From Chlamydiota bacterium (GTDB lineage: Bacteria; Chlamydiota; Chlamydiia; Chlamydiales; Rhabdochlamydiaceae): 57,992 nt of DNA. This document shows, piece by piece, positions 28,505 to 37,922 of this stretch (within the stretch, counting starts at the first letter, position 1; every line of letters begins with the position of its first letter). The translations under genes were made by a program, and so were the position numbers. The notes beneath the pieces are model-generated. The model saw nothing but the letters and a program-made list of their open reading frames with translations, was not told where the DNA came from and searched no databases. Location of the stretch: positions 1-57,992 of the forward strand of contig JABDDY010000001.1 of the NCBI GenBank assembly GCA_013287365.1. Direction: 5' to 3'.

Positions 28505-29461
28505 CTACAAAAGCCTCACCGTCATGACGAGCGCCTTGTCTCCCTTGAAGTAGTTGCAGTGCTCCGGCACTTGGACAGGAACCCAGCTTTCTTTGTATTC
28601 GAGAAAGGGGTTTGTGATGATCTGGGTGAAAAAATTCTCATCTTCAAACTTGGAGGTCGCATCTTCTAGGTAGCAGGAAAAAACAGCTCCCTTTCTCATG
28701 TGGTGCTTTAGGCAAAGCTGAAGAAAGTGAAAGAGACGATCTCCCTGATGCTGAAAGAGAAAAGCGGAAGAGGCTTCCCTCTCTTTAACAAAGGCCTCCA
28801 GTACTTGATGAGTAACCAGTTTCTGCTCGAGCAGCCTTTTCATGGCATAACCTAGGAGAACCCTGTCGATCTGTCCCCGTTTTTCTAGATCAAAGAAAAA
28901 ACGCAAATAAACCTCTGGCGCCGCCTTCTCGGCTGAGATGAGAAACTCATCGATCGCCTGCTCGGTGTAGACGATCGACTGGAGAAAAGGAATTTTTTCC
29001 TCCACCTCTTTCAAAAGCTGTTTGCCTGTTTCCAAAACAGCATGAGCCGCTTTTTTTGTTTCTTGATTCTCTCGCTGCTTCCTCTCATCTTCTAGAGGAT
29101 AATCATCAAAGAAAATCGCATCAAACTCGCCCAGATGTGGCATTGCCTGTTGCCACGTATCTTCAATGATGGTGACACCTTTGTAGTCTTTGGCCCAGAG
29201 TCGCGCTCTTTCAGCTACAACGGGGTGGTATTCAATGATCGTATGGCTGCGAGGATGATAGGTTTGAATCCGGGTCGAGGCATAGCCGCAACCAAATCCC
29301 ACCTCGAGCAGATCTCCTGTAGGCGCAAGCGCATCAATGCAGGCCTCCATATAGGGCTTTTCCCACTCCATCATGACCTGAAACTTCCCATCTTTGAGAA
29401 GCATCTCTCTTCCATCCGCATCGCGGACAAATTCCATGTGACAAAAACGTTTTTTGATCAT
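28505..29461 (-). CDS. Class I SAM-dependent methyltransferase, GAMT/RMT2-like, with a large internal or C-terminal extension
   Basis: VMMEWEKPYMEA, motif I LLEVGFGCGYAS, and FDAIFFDDYP. An additional ~190 aa not typical of GAMT-like enzymes follows. Confidence 0.6.
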   Translation of the reverse strand: MIKKRFCHMEFVRDADGREMLLKDGKFQVMMEWEKPYMEACIDALAPTGDLLEVGFGCGYASTRIQTYHPRSHTIIEYHPVVAERARLWAKDYKGVTIIEDTWQQAMPHLGEFDAIFFDDYPLEDERKQRENQETKKAAHAVLETGKQLLKEVEEKIPFLQSIVYTEQAIDEFLISAEKAAPEVYLRFFFDLEKRGQIDRVLLGYAMKRLLEQKLVTHQVLEAFVKEREASSAFLFQHQGDRLFHFLQLCLKHHMRKGAVFSCYLEDATSKFEDENFFTQIITNPFLEYKESWVPVQVPEHCNYFKGDKALVMTVRLL

Positions 29462-29637
29462 TGATTAAATTTTTTAAGCTCCTAAAATCTCTTCACTGCC
29501 CACATTTTTCTATAGACAGCTCTCTCTTATATCGTTTACCCTGGTGCTCTGTAAATTTAGTTTCTGCTATTTGGGCTGCCGTGAAAGCCGAAACAGCGAG
29601 GGCTAATTCACAAAAGCTCCATCTTAACTAAAAAACT

Positions 29638-32600
29638 ATGGAAAAGCAAAAGCGCTGGCAAAAGTATCTGATTTTGGGAGTGATTCTCCTCACGATCTAT
29701 AACATTCTCCCCACTGTCTTCTTCTATACAAAACCTCTTAAGTCCCCGATCGATGCAAGGCGAGCTGAGCTGGTTTCGACAGGGATCATAAAGCGGGTCA
29801 ATGGGCTCGAAAAAGAAGCGGAGAAGTGGCTCACCTCTTTTTGCAAGCTGCTAAAACTTAATCCACAGACTATTGCATTTGAGCCAAATGACCCGGCCGC
29901 TATTGCCGTCACCTTTAAAAATGAGACTGATGCGGAAATCTTTCGCCGCTATCTGCCAAGAGCGGGGGCCCTCATTCCCTTTGTTCCTCAACAGCTCACT
30001 CTTTATGACAATCAAAAAGTTGCCTCCAAGACCGTCATGGTTCAGAGGCAAATTCCTCTGCATCTTGACGAGGGCAAGAGGAGTCAGTATTTCGAGTTTG
30101 CTCATAAATTTGACTCGTCTGGCAGCCCTACAGCTCTCTATAGAGCGCTGACCTATGATCGCCTCTTGCAATTGGCTCTTGCTTTGGGAGGCAATAGTGA
30201 AACTGGCCAGTTGATGCAGGCAGCCGGTAGAGCAGGCCCGGATGAGCAAGGGGCGCAGCTCATGCTGAAGGTCGCGCAAAATCTGCTCTCGTTTGTTTCT
30301 ACCTTTGGGGAAAACTCGCCACAGGCAAGACGCTACTTTGCCTCCTACACACAGGTCGATGAGGGAAAAGAGACCGTTGTTTCCGATTTCTTGCGCATGC
30401 TTACGCAGGTTAAAGACCAGATCAAATTGCAGAGAATTGAGCTTCAGGGGGAAAGTCAGACCCTTCAGGCAAGCGGCTCTTTTTTAGATGGGATCAAGCA
30501 GCAGAAGCTTGCCGCGCTTCTTTCTCAGGAAAAGACTCTTTCGAGCAGCGAGCAGCTGATCAAGCGTCAGAGCGCAGCTTTTGGGCAAGGACGCTCTCCT
30601 CTTCATTTTGCGCAAATCGGAACGCTGCTTGAGCAGTCAGCCCATGTTGCTGCTGAGAAGGGATCCAAGCAACAGGTGGTTGATCTAGAAGGGCGCCATC
30701 CCTTCATTCAAAACCTTGTCATAGACTTTGGCACACAAACCTTTAGTCTAAACCTCTACCCGGACCTGACTGCCTTGCAGAGAGAGCTTGAGAAGGCTGG
30801 TAAGATCGCGCAACGCGAGCAGGTCGATGGAGCGATCTACAATGAGATTGCCGAGGCTTGCCGCCTGGCCAAAGAGTCCGTATCGCCGATAAGTACCGGT
30901 TTCCAGATCTCTCTTTCTACACTCCAAGACAGCAATGGGATCTTAGCGCTTCGTCTGCCGCTCCTTGCCAAAGCGCAGGTGGAAGAGCTCAAAAAGGTGA
31001 TTCGAGAATACTGGCACCCAAAACACCCCGACCTTGTCGCTGACTCTTTCCCGATCTTTGACTATGAGACCTATGAAGCGCTGCCCTCCACCGAAAAAAA
31101 TCTCGGGCTTGTCATCTATGCGCCTGGTTTTTCCAAGCAGGTCCCTCAAGAAGATCTCCGTATGAGCTCAATCTACGTCATTGCAAAGGGGATGGATAAG
31201 ATCATCCAGAGACTTGGCACTGAAAGCTCAAAAGAGACCGAGCAGTTTGCGAAAGATTTCAATGAACTCAAGCTCCTTTTGCAAAAAAAGGGGTTTGCAG
31301 GATACCCGGGGAGTTTACTCTCCTATGGAAAGACCTATGCAGGTGATTTCATTTTTGAAAATGAGGATTATTTCCAGACACTTCTCAAAGCAACTCGCGA
31401 AGCGTTTACTGTCTATGGGACACGCCGCTATGCAACACTCGAGCTTGGCGATGTGCATCAGCGCATTCTTGCCCAAAATAAAATTGACGACAGCATTCAC
31501 GAGGATCTGCTCAAGTGGCGCGATGAGTACCACAGCGCGCAGCTATCGCTTGGAGGCTCTTCTCTCTATGATGTGCCAAAACCGACAAGCAGCCCTCTCT
31601 GGAGCAATTTGGCACTGAGTTTTGTCAAGTACTTCCGAGGAGATGAGCGCAAAATTCTGCATTGGGGTCTTGACCTCTCAGGTGGCAAGACGGTGCAGAT
31701 TCAACTGCGCGACCAAAACGGCAAGCCGGCAGTAGCAGAAGAGCAGATCCGTCAGGGGATCAATCAACTCTATACTCGTGTCAACAAGATGGGGATCTCA
31801 GAGGTCAGCATCCGCCAGGAGGGAGATCTAATCTCGCTGGATTTTCCAGGCAGTCAAAATCTCTCTGCGGGAGAGCTCATCAAAGCCTCGACGATGTATT
31901 TCCATATTGTCAATGAGAAGTTTGGTCCCAAAAATCCCACTCTAGCTGCTGCGGCCGATCAGTTTCTACAAACCATTTGGAACGAAGCGGTTGTCACTGG
32001 ACACAAAAATGCAGAGGAGATCAACCAGATCGCATGGAAACATTTGCACGGCAGCTCTTTAGATCCAGAAGTGGTGGCTCCGAGGAGCGAGGCCACGCGC
32101 CTCCTCTACGAAAGTGGCCTCCGACTTCCCAGCCCCTTAGAAAGCTCCTCTTCTGCACTCTTTAATGACGCTCTCTGCAAGATCGCAGTCATCCGCGGCG
32201 ACTCCTTTACGCAGTGGTATGGCCAGAGCCATCCCCTGCTGATCGTTTTCAATAACTTTGCAGTTGAGGGCGCCAATCTGAAAAATGTTCACGCCGGTTA
32301 CGATCCGTCGAAGGGCAATTTCCTCGTCTTCGAAATCAAGGGGAAGGAGACTTTGCCAAGCGGAGAAAAAATCAATCCACGAGATGATCTCCACGCCTGG
32401 ACCTCACAGTTTGCTAAAGATCAAATCACAGGGACAGACTATGCCCATTTCTCCCGAGGTGATGGCTGGAGGATGGCAGTCATTCTCAATGGAAGCGTGA
32501 TTACCGCTCCTGCGCTGAGTTACCCGATATCCGATGGCGGAACAATTGAAGGGAGCTTCACCCAAAGAGAGGTGAGCCTACTTGAGGCTGATCTTAAAGC

Positions 32601-34185
32601 TGGCTCGCTCTCCTTTACCCCGCGCATTCTTTCCGAAAAAAATGTGAGCCCCGAGCTTGGATCTACAGAGAAAACGCTCGGCATTATTGCAACGGTCATT
32701 GCTCTTGTCCTCGCAATTGCCTCCATGGTGAGCTACTATCGCTTTGGAGGAGTGGTTGCCTCTGTTGCGGTGCTCTTTAACCTCTTCATCATGTGGGCCG
32801 CCTTGCAAAATCTAGGGGCAACCCTTACGCTTGCCTCCATTGCAGGGATCATCCTGACCCTTGGAATGGCCGTTGATGCCAACGTTCTTGTATTTGAGCG
32901 GGTACGAGAAGAGTTTGCCATCTCAGGAAGAATCGCCTCTGCAATCCACGCGGGCTACCGTAAGGCCTTTTCTGCGATTTTTGACTCCAATATCACGACA
33001 CTCATTGCCGCGCTCATCCTGCTCCAATTTAATTCAGGGCCAATCAAGGGACTTGCCATCACCTTAACAATTGGGATCCTCTCTTCGATGTTCACCGCGC
33101 TTTTCATGACACGCTATTTCTTCGCCGGCTGGGTTCAAAACCCGCAACATAAAGAGCTCAAAATGGCGAGCTTAATCAAGATCGAGAAGTTTGACTTTCT
33201 CAAATGGTCAAAGCTTGCTTTTGTGATCACAGCTGTTGTGATCGCCATTGGAGCGCTCTGCTTTATCTGGGAGCGCCACTCAATCTTAGGGATGGACTTT
33301 ACAGGAGGCTATTCTCTGACCTTAGAGGTGCAAGGACAAAATCCCTCAAGAGCCTCTCTTGAAAAAGCACTTGTCTCAAGTGGGGTAACCGCTCAGGAAA
33401 TCCAGGTGCGGCAGCTCACGCCAAACAGCCATTTCCGTCTCTTCTTAAGCAAGGGGTTGGAGCAGAGCGGCAGACCCTTCCACTCTTTGCCTGCCGAATA
33501 TGATTTAAAAGATCCGACCTACAGCTATGAAAAAAATCCACGCCTCACGTGGGTCGTCGGCAGTTTAAATAGAGAGGGCATTGCACTCACCCCTGATTCT
33601 TTGAAGCATCTCGAGCAAAACTGGACCTCTGTCAGTGGCCAACTCTCCGATACGATGCGCTCAAGCGCCTTTATCGGACTTTCCATTGCACTGCTTGCCA
33701 TTCTCATCTACATCACGATTCGCTTCGAATTCAAGTATGCCGCAGCGGCTACTCTTTGCTTAGCACATGATCTGCTGCTCACTTTAAGCTTTATTGGGCT
33801 ACTCCATTTCCTCCATGTCCCTGTGCAAATTGACCTCAATGCGATTGCAGCACTTGTCACCATCATCGGCTACTCGCTCAATGATACGATCATCATTTTT
33901 GATCGCATCCGCGAGGACCTACGTGTGATGCGCAAGGCCTCGTTTAAGGAAGTGGTCAATCACGCCCTAAACGTGACACTCAGCCGTACCACCCTAACTT
34001 CAGGAACGACACTGCTTGTCCTTCTCCCTCTTGTCTTTTTGGGAGGAAGCACACTCTTTGGATTTGCCCTTGTCATGAGTATCGGAGTTGTGCTCGGCAC
34101 CCTTTCTTCTCTCTTTATCGCTGCACCGCTGCTCTACTATTTCCATCAGCGGGCGCTTGGGAAAGAGATCTACCAAACATCGTAA
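29638..34185 (+). CDS. secDF: Fused protein-export membrane protein SecD/SecF
   Basis: 1515-aa protein with an N-terminal TM segment, a very large periplasmic region, then two 6-TM SecD/SecF-type blocks (e.g. GLDLSGGK, LGMAVDANVLVFERVREE, YSLNDTIIIFDRIRED). This is the chlamydial fused architecture. Confidence 0.9.
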   Translation: MEKQKRWQKYLILGVILLTIYNILPTVFFYTKPLKSPIDARRAELVSTGIIKRVNGLEKEAEKWLTSFCKLLKLNPQTIAFEPNDPAAIAVTFKNETDAEIFRRYLPRAGALIPFVPQQLTLYDNQKVASKTVMVQRQIPLHLDEGKRSQYFEFAHKFDSSGSPTALYRALTYDRLLQLALALGGNSETGQLMQAAGRAGPDEQGAQLMLKVAQNLLSFVSTFGENSPQARRYFASYTQVDEGKETVVSDFLRMLTQVKDQIKLQRIELQGESQTLQASGSFLDGIKQQKLAALLSQEKTLSSSEQLIKRQSAAFGQGRSPLHFAQIGTLLEQSAHVAAEKGSKQQVVDLEGRHPFIQNLVIDFGTQTFSLNLYPDLTALQRELEKAGKIAQREQVDGAIYNEIAEACRLAKESVSPISTGFQISLSTLQDSNGILALRLPLLAKAQVEELKKVIREYWHPKHPDLVADSFPIFDYETYEALPSTEKNLGLVIYAPGFSKQVPQEDLRMSSIYVIAKGMDKIIQRLGTESSKETEQFAKDFNELKLLLQKKGFAGYPGSLLSYGKTYAGDFIFENEDYFQTLLKATREAFTVYGTRRYATLELGDVHQRILAQNKIDDSIHEDLLKWRDEYHSAQLSLGGSSLYDVPKPTSSPLWSNLALSFVKYFRGDERKILHWGLDLSGGKTVQIQLRDQNGKPAVAEEQIRQGINQLYTRVNKMGISEVSIRQEGDLISLDFPGSQNLSAGELIKASTMYFHIVNEKFGPKNPTLAAAADQFLQTIWNEAVVTGHKNAEEINQIAWKHLHGSSLDPEVVAPRSEATRLLYESGLRLPSPLESSSSALFNDALCKIAVIRGDSFTQWYGQSHPLLIVFNNFAVEGANLKNVHAGYDPSKGNFLVFEIKGKETLPSGEKINPRDDLHAWTSQFAKDQITGTDYAHFSRGDGWRMAVILNGSVITAPALSYPISDGGTIEGSFTQREVSLLEADLKAGSLSFTPRILSEKNVSPELGSTEKTLGIIATVIALVLAIASMVSYYRFGGVVASVAVLFNLFIMWAALQNLGATLTLASIAGIILTLGMAVDANVLVFERVREEFAISGRIASAIHAGYRKAFSAIFDSNITTLIAALILLQFNSGPIKGLAITLTIGILSSMFTALFMTRYFFAGWVQNPQHKELKMASLIKIEKFDFLKWSKLAFVITAVVIAIGALCFIWERHSILGMDFTGGYSLTLEVQGQNPSRASLEKALVSSGVTAQEIQVRQLTPNSHFRLFLSKGLEQSGRPFHSLPAEYDLKDPTYSYEKNPRLTWVVGSLNREGIALTPDSLKHLEQNWTSVSGQLSDTMRSSAFIGLSIALLAILIYITIRFEFKYAAAATLCLAHDLLLTLSFIGLLHFLHVPVQIDLNAIAALVTIIGYSLNDTIIIFDRIREDLRVMRKASFKEVVNHALNVTLSRTTLTSGTTLLVLLPLVFLGGSTLFGFALVMSIGVVLGTLSSLFIAAPLLYYFHQRALGKEIYQTS

Positions 34186-34226
34186 GTGTGTCGATTAGCG
34201 CCATTACGCTATATCTAACCAGTGCT

Positions 34227-34299
34227 CTCTGTGAGCTCTGCGCTCTCTGTGGTAAATAAAAAAATAAAAATTACCACAGAGAGCACAGAGCTCACAGAG
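34227..34299. repeat. Long hairpin (29-bp arms with one G:T position, 15-nt A-rich loop) downstream of secDF
   Basis: ctctgtgagctctgcgctctctgtggtaa / ataaaaaaataaaaa / ttaccacagagagcacagagctcacagag. No U-tract follows on either strand. Confidence 0.8.
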
Positions 34300-34543
34300 C
34301 CTGAGCCTTCAGCTTATAAACTGTCAATACTCAGTGTAAAAACAACTTGCGCTTACTTTAGATAGATTTTTTTTAAATTGCGAGATAGGTTCTTTGTGTG
34401 CAAGTATGGGGACAAGACTTATTAACTAAAGAAAAGCGTGCTTAGCCTATGACGTTAGAGACAGGAATGGTTCTCTCTTTACTCCCCAGGAACTTGAATA
34501 TCTTCCATCGGTTGCAGGGCGCTCTTTTCAGGATGTATGAAAA

Positions 34544-36298
34544 ATGCAAAAAGCATACCGACAGGATGCAACTTTCTGGGTTTACCCAGAGGTCGACGAG
34601 ACTTGGAATGATGCAATTATCAAAGAGTTCAACATCCACCCCGTCACAGCCCAGGTCTTGGCTGGGCGAGGATTCAAAAGCCTAGAGGAAATCCACGATT
34701 TTCTCTATGCCAAACTCCCCGATTTGCTCGATCCCCACCTCTTTCCAGAGATGGATCGGGCAGTTGCCAGGGTGCTCAAGGCACTAAACAACAAAGAAGG
34801 CATTCTCATCTTTGGCGACAATGATGTCGATGGAATCAGTGGAGCCACTCTTCTCACCGAGTTCTTAAATTTTATTGGCGCTAGATCCTACGCCTATATC
34901 CCCAATCGGAGCTCTCCAACCCAGAGCCTCATGATGGATGCGCTCGCCTTTGCAACAAGGGAAAGCTGCTCACTGCTCATCACAGTCGACTGCGGAATCA
35001 CTTCTGCCGATGAGATTTTAGAGGCAGTTAAACAGAGCATCGATGTGATTGTCACCGATCACCATGAACCCACCGCCCGTTTGCCCCACTGCGTGGCCAC
35101 TTTAAATCCCAAACTGAAGGGCAGCACCTACCCCAACCGCGATCTCACGGGGGTGGGAGTGGCGTTCAAACTCGCTCATGGCATCACCAACCTCCTCATC
35201 ACCAGCGGTGAGATCAGCCCAAATAAAATCGATTTAAAGCGCTATCTCGATCTTGTCGCCCTCGGAACAATTGCAGACCTTGGATCGCTGCGCGGTGAAA
35301 ACCGGATCTTTGTCCGCTATGGGCTGCGCCAAATCCGCAAGGGCAAGCGCATTGGGCTTTCCAAGCTCTTTAGCGTCTGTGAAGTGAACGTCAGCGAAAC
35401 CACCCCGACCGATATTGCCTCCAAAGTAGCCCCTCGTCTCAATAGCTTAGGTCGAATTGCCGATCCCAATAAGGGAGTGGAACTGCTCCTCATCCACGAT
35501 CCGGAGGCAGCTGAAACCCTTGCCAAAGAACTCGATCTCAATAATATGGAACGGCAAAAGATTGAAAGGCGCGACAGCGAGGAAATTGAAAAATATTTGC
35601 TCAAACACCCCCAAATCTTCAAGCACCGCGCTCTTCTTCTCTATTCTAACAAATGGCACCCGGGCATCATTCCGATCATCACGGCGCGCATTGCCAAACA
35701 ATACAACAGGCCAACTGTGATCATCGCCATCGATCAAGGAATTGGCAAGGGATCGATCCGCACCATCCCCGAGTTCCCCATTTTACCCATCCTGCGCAAA
35801 CATGCCCATCTCTTTGAGAACTTTGGCGGTCACGATTATGCCGCAGGACTTACAATTAAGGCAGAGAATATCGAACCCTTTAAAAAGCTCTTCATCCAAG
35901 CTGCAGATGATCTGCTCAAAGAACAGGATGTGGTTGCCAAATTACATCTGAGTGCGAAAATCGATTTTCGGCAACTGACCTTTGATTTCATGGAGTCACT
36001 CAGCCTCATTGAGCCTTTTGGTCACGAGAACCCCATTCCCATCTTCTATACGATCGCAAGGCAAACCTGGCCCCCTAAGGTGGTCGGCAAGAGCCATCTG
36101 AAATTCTATATTGAGCAAGAGGAGCGGGTACTTGAGGGAATCGGGTTTGGGATGGCAGACAGGCGACCCGAGCTGTGCAAGAAAGGGCTCACCTTAAGAC
36201 TTGCCTTTACCCCCTACATCAACACCTTTCAAAACAAATCGAGCATCCAGCTGCAGATCCGCGACTTTCAGGTTATTGAGGAGCCGGGTATAGCTTGA
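34544..36298 (+). CDS. recJ: Single-stranded-DNA-specific exonuclease RecJ
   Basis: DHH-family motifs FGDNDVDGISG, ITVDCG, VTDHHEP, and a DHHA1 region (GGHDYAAG). Confidence 0.9.
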   Translation: MQKAYRQDATFWVYPEVDETWNDAIIKEFNIHPVTAQVLAGRGFKSLEEIHDFLYAKLPDLLDPHLFPEMDRAVARVLKALNNKEGILIFGDNDVDGISGATLLTEFLNFIGARSYAYIPNRSSPTQSLMMDALAFATRESCSLLITVDCGITSADEILEAVKQSIDVIVTDHHEPTARLPHCVATLNPKLKGSTYPNRDLTGVGVAFKLAHGITNLLITSGEISPNKIDLKRYLDLVALGTIADLGSLRGENRIFVRYGLRQIRKGKRIGLSKLFSVCEVNVSETTPTDIASKVAPRLNSLGRIADPNKGVELLLIHDPEAAETLAKELDLNNMERQKIERRDSEEIEKYLLKHPQIFKHRALLLYSNKWHPGIIPIITARIAKQYNRPTVIIAIDQGIGKGSIRTIPEFPILPILRKHAHLFENFGGHDYAAGLTIKAENIEPFKKLFIQAADDLLKEQDVVAKLHLSAKIDFRQLTFDFMESLSLIEPFGHENPIPIFYTIARQTWPPKVVGKSHLKFYIEQEERVLEGIGFGMADRRPELCKKGLTLRLAFTPYINTFQNKSSIQLQIRDFQVIEEPGIA

Positions 36299-37763
36299 CC
36301 AGCAGGCCATGGTGGTCACTAATGGCTTGGTCTGGCTCATCGAGACTGTTCATGAGCAACAGCTCTGCATTTGCCCTGCAAGAGTAGGCCAAAGGCTGAG
36401 CGCCCGGTAAAGATCGAAGCACTAATGTATAATCGAGAATCTGAAAATTGGGATCGATTTCCTTCAAGGTTTTGGTCTTGGAGAGCAGGTAGTTACTAAA
36501 GTAATCGGTGCAGGTTCGATTGCTTGCGCAGACAACGCTTCCCTCTTTATTGTAGGCATCGTAAAAATAGGCCTCGATGATCTGTCTGCCCGGCTCTTTC
36601 GAACCGTAAGGAATATTTAAATCCCCACAGAGGAAAAAGGGAAGATTTGAGCCCTCTTTTTCCACATCTTTTTGCATCTTTTTTAAGATCTCTCCAAACT
36701 CCTCCGCGCGGATCTCAGCAAATCCCTCTGTATCCAGAGCCTGAAGATGCGTTGTGTAGAGATGAGCCAGAGGCCGTCCCGATTGACTCTTGAGGGTAAA
36801 GTCAAAGAAGCCATAATTGACAGGAACCCCTACTTTGACAAAGGGGGTAAATTGCGGGTTTTCGATCGGGACTTTGCTCGCCACAAAAAGGCCGCTCGGC
36901 AGCCCAAATGCTCTTAAGGAAAAGTTCAGAGGCCGAGGCCCAATGGCCCCATAAAAAAACCGGTAAGTATCTTTGAGCGCCTCATACAAAGCGTAGGAGG
37001 CTTCTTCTGTATACACCTCCTGGAGACAGACCACATCGGCACTTGCTTGAAGGATCTTTTCTTTAAGTTTGCCCACTCTCTTTTGCCAGGGCAGAGAGAC
37101 CCCTCCAAAGAGGAAAGGGAATTTTCCTGGAACAAAACAGGTATTGAGCGTCAAGACGCTAAACTTGGCCTCAGGAGCTCTGATCGGAGCACTACTTTCC
37201 AAATAGATGTAGGGCTGGATCTTGTGTTTGGCAAGGTAGGTTTTTAATTGAATGATCTCCTCCCTCTCTTTTCTGGTCAGTTTCTCCTGCACCATTTCAG
37301 AGCCATCGAGTAGACAATAAAGGTAATAGCGCTCGTAAGGAGTTAAGGGAATGTTTTGCTGCGAAACTCTCTTCACAAGTCCAAGCAAAGAGCGGTAGAG
37401 CTCGCCGTTTTGAAAGAGAGTTTCCACGACAAAAGACTTCAGTCCATCCATTGCCTCGAGAGCATCGTTTTTTTCGGGCAGATCAGAATCTGTGAGATAG
37501 GTAAGCGTTCTAAACTTTTCGATCGGATCATTGCCAAGACGATCCCATGGCTTCATCACCGTTTGAAAGGTTTTTTCCTCATGGGGAATCGCAAGAAGCT
37601 CATCGACTGTTTGCAGAATATTTTGCTTGGCCTCCTCCACATACTCTTCCATTGCCTCTGCGCTTGAGGGAACGGAGGCCTGTGTCTGTGTCGAGGAGGA
37701 GAGAAGAGAAGGGAGTGCTGCTAGAGAGAAAAGCAGCTGCAGAAAAAAGCGTCTCATGCTCAT
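36273..37763 (-). CDS. Secreted endonuclease/exonuclease/phosphatase (EEP) fold protein with N-terminal helical domain
   Basis: Signal peptide MSMRRFFLQLLFSLAALPSLLSSS. EEP motifs LTLNT, VVCLQEV, FLCGDLN, ISDHHG. The N-terminal ~170 aa contain an 'EKTFQTVMKPWD' segment reminiscent of M3-peptidase N-termini. Confidence 0.7.
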   Translation of the reverse strand: MSMRRFFLQLLFSLAALPSLLSSSTQTQASVPSSAEAMEEYVEEAKQNILQTVDELLAIPHEEKTFQTVMKPWDRLGNDPIEKFRTLTYLTDSDLPEKNDALEAMDGLKSFVVETLFQNGELYRSLLGLVKRVSQQNIPLTPYERYYLYCLLDGSEMVQEKLTRKEREEIIQLKTYLAKHKIQPYIYLESSAPIRAPEAKFSVLTLNTCFVPGKFPFLFGGVSLPWQKRVGKLKEKILQASADVVCLQEVYTEEASYALYEALKDTYRFFYGAIGPRPLNFSLRAFGLPSGLFVASKVPIENPQFTPFVKVGVPVNYGFFDFTLKSQSGRPLAHLYTTHLQALDTEGFAEIRAEEFGEILKKMQKDVEKEGSNLPFFLCGDLNIPYGSKEPGRQIIEAYFYDAYNKEGSVVCASNRTCTDYFSNYLLSKTKTLKEIDPNFQILDYTLVLRSLPGAQPLAYSCRANAELLLMNSLDEPDQAISDHHGLLVKLYPAPQ

Positions 37764-37784
37764 TGATATATCTCAATCCCCAGC

Positions 37785-37920
37785 AATAGGCAAGACCCTA
37801 TTCCGAATATCGTGCCCGTGCCCGAAATTTATCCATGAGTTGCGCGCGGGGTCATCATCTCCCGGGCAAGGGCACGGGCACGCACTCGGGCACGCACTCG
37901 GGCACGCACTCGGGCAGGGG
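37785..37920. repeat. GC-rich palindromic 'GTGCCCG' intergenic element, copy C, with 3 x 12-bp tandem repeat
   Basis: Flank ataggcaagaccctattccgaatatcgtgcc is the reverse complement of the tail of copies A and B. Arms cgtgcccgtgccc (37811-37823) and gggcacgggcacg (37870-37882). Tandem repeat gggcacgcactc x3 at 37876-37911. Confidence 0.8.
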
Positions 37921-37922
37921 TA

